Of a stretch of 64,000 nt of DNA, positions 59,101-64,000 are shown one piece after another. The DNA is from Octopus sinensis (lineage: Eukaryota): positions 121,520,001 to 121,584,000 of the forward strand of contig NC_043001.1 in assembly GCF_006345805.1 (NCBI RefSeq), written 5' to 3'. A model generated the notes under the pieces. That model saw nothing but the letters and a program-made list of their open reading frames with translations. It ran no database searches and was not told the DNA's origin. The translations under genes were made by a program, and so were the position numbers. Position 1 is the stretch's first letter, and the number at the start of each line of letters is the position of its first letter.

Positions 59101-62100
59101 CTTCCCAGAATTGAGGTGGTTTCATGGCAAAGAATTCATCAAGGTATCTTTTTATGTCATCCAAGGAATTGAAATTTTTACCATTAAGACTATTCTGCAG
59201 AGACCTAAATAAGTGGAAATCCAAAGGAGCAATATCTGGTGAATATGGAGGGTGGGGTAACACATCCCAGCCGAGCTGCAGCAACTTTTGTCTGGTTCCC
59301 AAAGCATCAAGTGCCGAAAATGAACTTTCTTATCTTCCATTTTAAAGGGTTACAGAATTAACACAGGTTATAGGAACATAAACCTTCTTCCACAAAAAGA
59401 TAGCTTAAACTGTGCACTAAATGGAGGTGTGGTCAAATCCTATTTTATGGACTCAACCATGTTCTAAAATAAGTCAAAAGGTAAGCTACTATAAATCGGC
59501 ACAAGCTTTCTGGACAACCCAATATTTTTTATTAGCTTTTCTAATGGCCATGGCAAAAGCAGGAATGTTGCAACTCCAATTTCACCACCACTGAAAGCCA
59601 ATAAACTTTGACCATCTACGATAAAGTAAATGAACATTTGCTGTACTGGAAAATAACATATTTTGAAGAATTCTTCATTTTTTTTTATTACTCAGCTACA
59701 GTTTGCTACTTGTCACGAAAGAATTCTGCATTTAACTATTTAACCCTTTTGCATTCAAATCAGCCATAACCAGCCAAAATATTAAATCTGTTTATGTTCA
59801 AACTGGTCAGATCTGGCATCTTACACTTACCCTACAATGTCATTCTAAAAATATATAAAAATAGCATTGAAATCTCGAAACTATGAGACAATGCATGATT
59901 AATTCAAAATAATGTAAATAAATAAGTGTTACAATTGACAAAAAAAATAACCTGAATGCTGGTTGATGCCAGTGCTAGCTGACTGGGGTCAATGCCAGTG
60001 CTGGCTGACCGGTCCCTGTGATGGTGGCACGTAAAAAGCACCATTCAAGTGTGGTCGATGCCAGTACTGCCAGACTGGCCCTCGTGCAGGTGGCACATAA
60101 AAATGCATCCACTACACTCTTGGAGTGGTTGGTGTTAGGTAGGACATCAAGCTGTAGAAACCTTGCCAGATCAGATTGGAGCCTGGTGCAGCCTTCTCGC
60201 TTGCCAGCCCTCAGTCAAACCATCCAACCCATGCCAGCATAGAAAGCGGATGTTAAACGTTGATGATGATAACTGAAGGCAATTTTATTTACTTCCTCCA
60301 TAAACTACAGTTCCCATTGGTCAGACTCATTCAGAACATATATAATATCTGAACACCATCTTGGCATCTTGGAACACAAATCAGATCATGTGTGTTTTAA
60401 ATAAACATTATCCAAGGTGGCTTTCAAAAACCAAAATAAGATAAATTGACCCTTAATCTTAAGAAAAGCTTATTCTGTCAATGATTTCAGTCTTTGGTTA
60501 CATATACAAACATTTGAGTAATTTATAAGAAGAATTTAAAACAAAAACGTTATAGCAGCCCCAGCCCACCCAAGTACCTAGGATCGTAGGGCGACCTGCT
60601 ATGCTTGAGGAGACCTATCGAGTTAAGTACATCAACATCAAATAAAAATCAAATGGAAATTGTAGTTGGGATATTCGTGCCGGTGGCACATAAAAAGCAC
60701 CATCTGAACGTGGCCGACGCCAGCGCCACCTTGACTGGCTTCCATGCTGGTGGCACGTAAAAAGCACCAACCAATCATGGCCGTTGCCAGCCTCCCCTGG
60801 CACGTAAAAAGCACCCACTACACTCACGGAGTGGTTGGCATTAGGAAGGGCATCCAGCTGTAGAAACACTGCCAGATCAGACTGGAGCCTGGTGCAGCCT
60901 CCTGGCTTCCCAGACCCAGGTCCAAACCATGCTAGCATGGAAAATGGACGTTAAAAGATGATGATGACATTCAGCAGGTATAACTGAGCTCTTAAACAGA
61001 GCATTTTTCTTATTTCACCTCTCACTATACCCAACAAAACAAATTCAATCTTCAGATGTCTTCTTACATTTTCATATGTCCACACTTACCTCAAATTGTT
61101 GTAGTTGGCTATTAGATTTATACAAAGGGGTTTCCAATTTCAAAGCATAAAAAGGACCACATAAGAACATTAAAAAGGAAAGGAACACACTTCAATAATT
61201 GAACATCAAGAATGCTGGCACTGACCTGAGCCTATATGTGGTGTGTATACCGGTGTTTGTGCTGTGGCTTCTGAAATGTCAAGTGCTGCCAGTTGTGTTA
61301 GGTTGAATTCTCTAGAAAACAAAATTTCAAATCAGTTGCATATTTTAAATTATCACCCACCAAAATATAAGATATTTGAAACAAAACAAGTTCTACATTT
61401 CAAACACAGCCATTATGGACTACATTCTCCTCCATCTTCCTTTTAAATTTTCTGTACAAGGCCTTCCACTACACATAATATTCTTTGACTGTACCAGAGA
61501 CTTGAATTATTTTCTCACAGTATTTTATTAAAAATTTCATATTGTATGTACACACACACACAAACACATACACAGATACATACTGACACCCAGTAAGAAC
61601 AAAATAGTTCTTACTAAAGCAGCATGCAGTACATTTGTGTGTGCAAAGCTTGGTCAAGCTAGAATTAAATAATGTCAAAGAAGCAGCTCTGAATAAAATA
61701 ATTCATGTAGAGTCGTATTTAACAAGTTTGATAAAACCATCTGTTGTGGAAATAGTCTAGAGAGAAGGAACAAAATTATTTTTACAGCATCTTAATCTAT
61801 ATTCATTTCTGCAAATTTCAGAGAAATTTTGCAAAGAAGAGAATGTGTTAAAAAGAAACTTGCTTCAGGTACAAGAGGGTAGAAAGCTTCTGCTGTAAAA
61901 TGAATTTCCTGTTACAGCCTTCAAACAATTAAACTAATAAAAAAATGAGTGGCTGTGTGGTAAGTAGCTTGCTTACGAACCACATGGTCCCCGGGTTCAG
62001 TCCCACTATGTGGCACCTTGGGCAAGTGTCTTCTACTATGGCCTCAGGCCGACCAAAGCCTTATGAGTGGATTTGGTAGACGGAAACTGAAAGAAGCACA

Positions 62101-63495
62101 TCGTCCATATGTATATATATGCATATGCATGTGTGTGTATATGTTTGTGTGTCTGTGTTTGTCTCCCCAACATCGCTTGACAACCGATGGTGGTGTGTTT
62201 ACGTCTCCATAACTTCGCGGTTCGGCAAAAGGGACCAATAGAATAAGTACTAGGCTTACAAAGAATAAGTCATGGGGTCGATTTGCTCGACTAAAGGCGG
62301 TGCTCCAGCATGGCCACAGTCAAATGACTGAAACAAGTAAAAGAGTAAAAAGAGAGTAAAAGAGTATATATACATACACTGTATTTGCTGGGCTTGGCAA
62401 TGCAACGGTAGACATCACCCACTTCAGAACAAGGTAACACCGGAAATTGAGGATCACTTGAGGCATTAAATTGATCTGTAGAGACCAACATTGTCCACTT
62501 CCACAATGAGCCTGGAATTAGAGTTCATTAGAATTGGTCAGAGAAGTAATGGTCTTAAGTTTATACATGGAAACTTCTTATGATGACTTTTATGCTGTAT
62601 ACAACATGCAAGAGATCATTTGTGAGTATAATGTGCTTGGTAAAAGAAGTTTAGGGCAAATTTTGGTATTCAAGTACTCAGCTGCTTTAGATAAGTTATT
62701 GATTTCTTAAAGCATAATCGTATATCACATATAAAATAGTTTTAAAAAAAAATTAATATCATTTCTTCACTGCCCACAAGGGGCTACACACAGAGGGGAC
62801 AAACAAGGACAGACAAATGGATTAAGTCGATTATATCGATCCCCAGTGCGTAACTGGTACTTATTTAATTGACCCTGAAAGGATGAAAGGCAAAGTTGAC
62901 CTCGGTGGAATTTGAACTCAGAACGTAGCGACAGACGAAATACCACCAAACATTTCGCACAGCGTGCTTATGCCAGCTCGCCGCTTTAACAAAATTAATA
63001 TTATTAATTATTACAGAGATGGTAATTGGTATCTGATTCAGTTACCGTAGTGAATGCAAGGCAAATTTTTAAATACCATATTTTCTGGCATACAAGCTGA
63101 TATAGTATATAGTGTAAACATGCAGTGTAAACATTGAAACATCATCACCATCTTTCCGAATCCTGTAGTATTTCACATGGAATTTTTGGTCTTCTAAAGT
63201 CACCTAGGAGTATAAGTCAGCCTTCCCCTTTTGGCTTTCTTTTTACTTGTTTCAGTCATTTGACTGCGGCTATGCTGGAGCACCGCCTTTAGTCGAGCAA
63301 ATCGACCCCAGGATTTATTCTTTGTTAGCCTAGTACTTATTCTATCAGTTTCTTTTGCCGAACCTCTAAGTTACGGCGACATAAACACACCAGCATCGGT
63401 TGTCAAGCGATGTTGGGGGGGGGGGCACAAACACACACACACATATATATCATCATCATCATCATCAAAAGCGGACGTTAAACGATGATGATGAT

Positions 63496-63530
<35 letters not shown>

Positions 63531-64000
63531 TTGTCCCCCCAACATCACTTGACAACCAATAGAATAAGTACTAGGCTTACAAAGAATAAGTCCTGGGGTC
63601 AATTTGCTCAACTAAAGGTGGTGCTCCAGCATGGCCGCAGTCAAATGACTGAAACAAATAAAAGAATGCCAACCACTTTACAGAGTGTGCTTTTCATGTG
63701 GCACCGGTAGAGGGCTCTTGCAGATCAATCCTCTTCACCAGGGATAGTGGCCTTAACATTTCTGTTGAGGAGTACAGGTCAAAACTCCAAAAAATAATTA
63801 TTTCGCGTTCTCTCGAAGTTTATACTTATGACATCAAAACAGAAAATGTTTAAAAGAATGACAGATAAATGAATGGTTCTAGAATGAACAAAATCGATAA
63901 AGTTTTTTTTTTACCTGGTCGCCACATTTCATTGCAATCAAGAGCAGCAAAAGGAGGTCACGAGTGGCATTTAGACGAGTGCAAACAAAATGTTCCATAT
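32474..64000 (-). CDS. NUP160: Nuclear pore complex protein Nup160, 3' 19 exons (gene continues beyond the window)
   Basis: Hand-spliced exons keep one frame with GT-AG ends (2225 nt in window). Translation matches recalled Nup160 motifs in order: LKW, AELF, LLWP, HLELGHYEKAY, DCLRQL, RARSVDL..HNYY, CYLAA..LRL..PEYAW, LEKEY, GLFD.A, AW.WL, LP.W, ELIRLY, W.P..SIDQ. Confidence 0.95.
32834..33160 (-). mobile_element. SINE family B
   Basis: Family B body. Confidence 0.85.
33297..33585 (+). mobile_element. SINE family C
   Basis: Same head and body. Confidence 0.85.
33848..33952 (-). CDS. NUP160: NUP160 exon GYIINKPFSLWIPLTSIDQIFVTLQEENHNSRYKE
   Basis: 105 nt, phase 0-0. Confidence 0.93.
34011..34172. 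mobile_element. Small pogo-type MITE
   Basis: 27-bp TIRs c(t/c)gtattttaacat(g/t)tataaggaaccc. Confidence 0.75.
34195..34570 (+). mobile_element. SINE family B (diverged)
   Basis: Family B body. Confidence 0.8.
34889..35118 (-). mobile_element. SINE family A
   Basis: Reverse-complement copy. Confidence 0.9.
35445..35700 (+). mobile_element. SINE family B (partial, diverged)
   Basis: Head and core present. Confidence 0.75.
35730..35867 (-). CDS. NUP160: NUP160 exon TLDVAELIRLYISFDKLEEAVAVTLEYLDAVLGTLQGQDNHLYRLK
   Basis: 138 nt, phase 0-0. Confidence 0.95.
35937..36178 (-). mobile_element. Short retro-element with 5' inverted copy and hammerhead-like core
   Basis: 51-bp perfect inverted repeat; 13-bp TSD tgtagagattttg. 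Confidence 0.75.
36774..37296. mobile_element. pogo/Tigger-type MITE
   Basis: 25-bp TIRs ctgtaaatc(t/c)tc(g/a)agtata(g/a)tccac, TA TSD on both sides. Confidence 0.85.
37702..37843 (-). CDS. NUP160: NUP160 exon ASDQAWLLLKTYLSKYEEPNARYHRCTAIKLLSHNYQLPTWFVNPYK
   Basis: 142 nt, phase 2-0. Confidence 0.95.
37880..38371 (-). mobile_element. Two SINE family A copies with the alternative tail, separated by (AAT)n
   Basis: A head and core with tail ...aggccttgtgcct..agtagaaaag. Confidence 0.8.
38445..38770 (-). mobile_element. RTE-clade LINE ORF end and part of a different 3' UTR
   Basis: RWYGRVARMDEDSCAIRCHTPAFEGTCGRDRLRK. Confidence 0.85.
39272..39535. repeat. Near-perfect 128-bp-arm palindrome
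   Basis: Arms 39272-39399 / 39408-39535, one mismatch seen, 8-nt loop. Confidence 0.92.
39685..39950 (-). mobile_element. RTE 3' fragment
   Basis: RTE 3' core and tail. Confidence 0.85.
40026..40142 (-). CDS. NUP160: NUP160 exon CVTLSLCESDSGDENITENAWQWLKENEISQVLTTKVC
   Basis: 117 nt, phase 2-2. Confidence 0.93.
40346..40556. mobile_element. piggyBac-type MITE, CCCTTTAG family
   Basis: TTAA TSD, same internal sequence. Confidence 0.85.
40776..41098 (-). mobile_element. SINE family B with internal deletion
   Basis: Jump aatccactcacaag|aatgaacccgg. Confidence 0.85.
41530..41897 (-). mobile_element. SINE family B, full length
   Basis: Family B body. Confidence 0.9.
41946..42072 (-). CDS. NUP160: NUP160 exon PAIQPDEMIGILVSVGLFDRAIIICKAYDLPLNPVFENLAL
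   Basis: 127 nt, phase 1-2. Confidence 0.95.
42439..42839 (+). mobile_element. SINE family A dimer
   Basis: Junction aaagaaata|ggtatttcgtc at 42655/42656. Confidence 0.9.
43236..43630 (+). mobile_element. SINE family B, full length
   Basis: Family B body. Confidence 0.9.
44073..44186 (-). CDS. NUP160: NUP160 exon PKRQLQIVTIEDLEKEYLLVDARLRLIKKDADLMIAS
   Basis: 114 nt, phase 1-1. Confidence 0.93.
44880..45980 (+). mobile_element. RTE-clade LINE 3' end (ORF C-terminus + 3' UTR), interrupted by an hAT MITE
   Basis: WYGHVMRMDEDNYAKKCQFLRVEGTCGRGRPRKTW followed by the ggaagggcatccagc...gatgatg 3' UTR. Confidence 0.88.
45397..45938. mobile_element. hAT-type MITE with internal tandem duplication, nested in an RTE 3' end
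   Basis: Perfect 8-bp TSD atctaacc (45389-45396, 45939-45946); TIRs caggagatctcaac / gttgagaacccctg. Confidence 0.88.
46118..46181 (-). CDS. NUP160: NUP160 exon APEEGTSPKHYLDGEEKIETD
   Basis: 64 nt, phase 0-1; corresponds to the SPKR..DGE segment. Confidence 0.9.
46719..46888 (-). CDS. NUP160: NUP160 exon GNVMYEQGLRLGQE...CYLAAMHALRLAKPEYAWVVKPIPNRLTHP
   Basis: 170 nt, phase 1-0, GTAAGT donor. Confidence 0.95.
46979..47201. mobile_element. piggyBac-type MITE, same family as 29513-29733
   Basis: TTAA TSD on both sides, high similarity to 29513-29733. Confidence 0.85.
47624..48693 (-). mobile_element. SINE family A dimer interrupted by an RTE 3' fragment (47697-48390)
   Basis: SINE split at gattaagtctatt | acatcgacccc. 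Confidence 0.85.
47697..48390 (+). mobile_element. RTE 3' UTR fragment with a 61-63 nt tandem array
   Basis: 8 full units + 1 partial, then the RTE core and (GAT)n tail. Confidence 0.88.
48995..49292 (-). mobile_element. SINE family B
   Basis: Family B body. Confidence 0.88.
49563..49776 (-). mobile_element. SINE family A, alternative tail
   Basis: Head and core as family A; tail as at 37880. Confidence 0.85.
49829..49934 (-). CDS. NUP160: NUP160 exon VVSILKNRARSVDLSSHNYYDLLFSIHISRNSYRA
   Basis: 106 nt, phase 0-1. Confidence 0.95.
50095..50360 (+). mobile_element. RTE 3' fragment, same subfamily as 47697-48390
   Basis: Shared gatYtgactgggcctgatgaagcc variant. Confidence 0.85.
50510..50721 (-). 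mobile_element. Short mariner-like remnant
   Basis: tacgaagtgcattcc terminus and mariner-like non-autonomous sequence; no second TIR confirmed. Confidence 0.4.
51016..51112 (-). CDS. NUP160: NUP160 exon CKDCLRQLLNVLCDRKQLNILVRFPYNNLQEE
   Basis: 97 nt, phase 2-0. Confidence 0.95.
52280..52457 (-). mobile_element. 5' end fragment of the same mariner family
   Basis: Near-identical to 59346-59524 including the TIR gacaacccaata. Confidence 0.85.
52642..52736 (-). CDS. NUP160: NUP160 exon ATLYLKVFKYHLELGHYEKAYNAMVTNPDPS
   Basis: 95 nt, phase 0-2; hallmark Nup160 motif. Confidence 0.95.
52818..53046 (-). mobile_element. SINE family A
   Basis: Reverse-complement copy. Confidence 0.9.
53468..53725 (+). 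mobile_element. SINE family C
   Basis: Same head and body. Confidence 0.85.
53841..53936 (-). CDS. NUP160: NUP160 exon VINQFEHFQHPHIVISLAEEAICIASESDPNI
   Basis: 96 nt, phase 0-0, GTAAGT donor. Confidence 0.9.
54022..54242. mobile_element. piggyBac-type MITE, CCCTTTAG family (reverse orientation)
   Basis: TTAA TSD, reverse complement of the family body. Confidence 0.85.
55347..55485 (-). CDS. NUP160: NUP160 exon EPYKAAQSFVEAAEG...MEVNYYLK
   Basis: 139 nt, phase 2-0, GTAAGA donor. Confidence 0.9.
55500..55695. repeat. Compound (ATT)/(GTT)/(GAT) microsatellite
   Basis: Direct inspection. Confidence 0.9.
55700..56074 (+). mobile_element. SINE family A dimer (right monomer has the alternative tail)
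   Basis: Junction aaagaaata|ggtatttcgtc at 55912/55913. Confidence 0.88.
56388..56543 (-). CDS. NUP160: NUP160 exon WPDSFSFLFPEFLVGHCQYLHLQEYVRMLSSWCPKNEHSRKFLLGQAYLYF
   Basis: 156 nt, phase 2-2; U12 branch motif TCCTTAAC upstream; GTTAGT donor. Confidence 0.92.
56831..57064 (+). mobile_element. SINE family A
   Basis: Full copy. Confidence 0.9.
57539..58062. mobile_element. Palindromic tRNA-headed retro-element with hammerhead-like core
   Basis: Inverted copies 57536-57775 and 57801-58029; 14-bp TSD ttgcttaaagttac. Confidence 0.85.
58207..58424. mobile_element. piggyBac-type MITE, CCCTTTAG family
   Basis: Family body; left TIR degenerate, right end AAAGGG-TTAA. Confidence 0.8.
58555..58711 (-). 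CDS. NUP160: NUP160 exon GQPSLTLAELFLRGIGG...WINSLIPIIKILAKL
   Basis: 157 nt, phase 1-2; donor is U12-type GTATCCTTTT. Confidence 0.9.
58958..59522 (-). mobile_element. Internally deleted mariner element
   Basis: TIRs ttgggttgtc(t/c)(g/a)gaaag with TA flanks; N-terminus MEDKKVHFRHLML fused to C-terminus LGWDVLPHPPYSPDIAPLDFHLF. Confidence 0.92.
59744..59960. mobile_element. piggyBac-type MITE, CCCTTTAG family, truncated by an RTE fragment
   Basis: Left TTAA-CCCTTT and family body. Confidence 0.75.
59965..60967 (+). mobile_element. Two RTE 3' fragments (59965-60270, 60590-60967)
   Basis: RTE 3' core and tails. Confidence 0.82.
61226..61311 (-). CDS. NUP160: NUP160 exon EFNLTQLAALDISEATAQTPVYTPHIGS
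   Basis: ttttctag acceptor, GTCAGT donor, 86 nt, phase 2-1. Confidence 0.85.
61947..62364 (+). mobile_element. SINE family B, full length, ending about 13 nt from a NUP160 donor
   Basis: Family B body. Confidence 0.9.
62378..62511 (-). CDS. NUP160: NUP160 exon AHCGSGQCWSLQINLMPQVILNFRCYLVLKWVMSTVALPSPANT
   Basis: ccag acceptor, GTATGT donor, 134 nt, phase 0-2. Confidence 0.85.
62761..62986 (-). mobile_element. SINE family A
   Basis: Full copy. Confidence 0.9.
63243..63663. mobile_element. Two SINE family B 3' halves in inverted orientation
   Basis: Minus copy 63243-63450, plus copy about 63500-63663. Confidence 0.85.
63915..64000 (-). CDS. NUP160: NUP160 exon (partial, runs off window): MEHFVCTRLNATRDLLLLLIAMKCGDQ
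   Basis: Donor CAG|GTAAAA at 63914; phase 0 into next exon. Confidence 0.85.

Overview
Eukaryotic, AT-rich, repeat-dense animal DNA, most likely a coleoid cephalopod (Octopus); this is inferred from the SINE/RTE families and microsatellite load, not from a search. Two spliced protein-coding genes lie on the minus strand, and I assembled both by hand with continuous frame and GT-AG sites. (1) The 3' half of NUP160: 19 exons, 32474-64000, about 740 aa in the window, continuing off the right edge; one intron has U12 (minor) splice signals. (2) A TCFL5-like bHLH transcription factor: 5 coding exons, 8996-24076, about 577 aa, whose last 9 codons lie 9.4 kb downstream. A possible first coding exon of a third gene lies near 813-940. 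The rest is transposon debris: three tRNA-headed SINE families, 5'-truncated RTE LINE 3' ends carrying a variable tandem repeat, mariner, maT (DD37D) and piggyBac remnants, piggyBac/hAT/pogo MITEs, a Helentron-type element and several foldbacks. Nearly all short ORFs in the supplied track are repeat artefacts. The most interesting pattern is a set of short, mutually unrelated elements that combine a 5' inverted partial copy, a minimal hammerhead-ribozyme-like core and, in two cases, 13-14 bp target-site duplications. The best example is a tRNA-headed palindromic element at 57539-58062 inside the NUP160 minor intron. Repeat boundaries are approximate (about 10-20 nt) unless TIRs/TSDs are quoted. 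No database search or folding was run.
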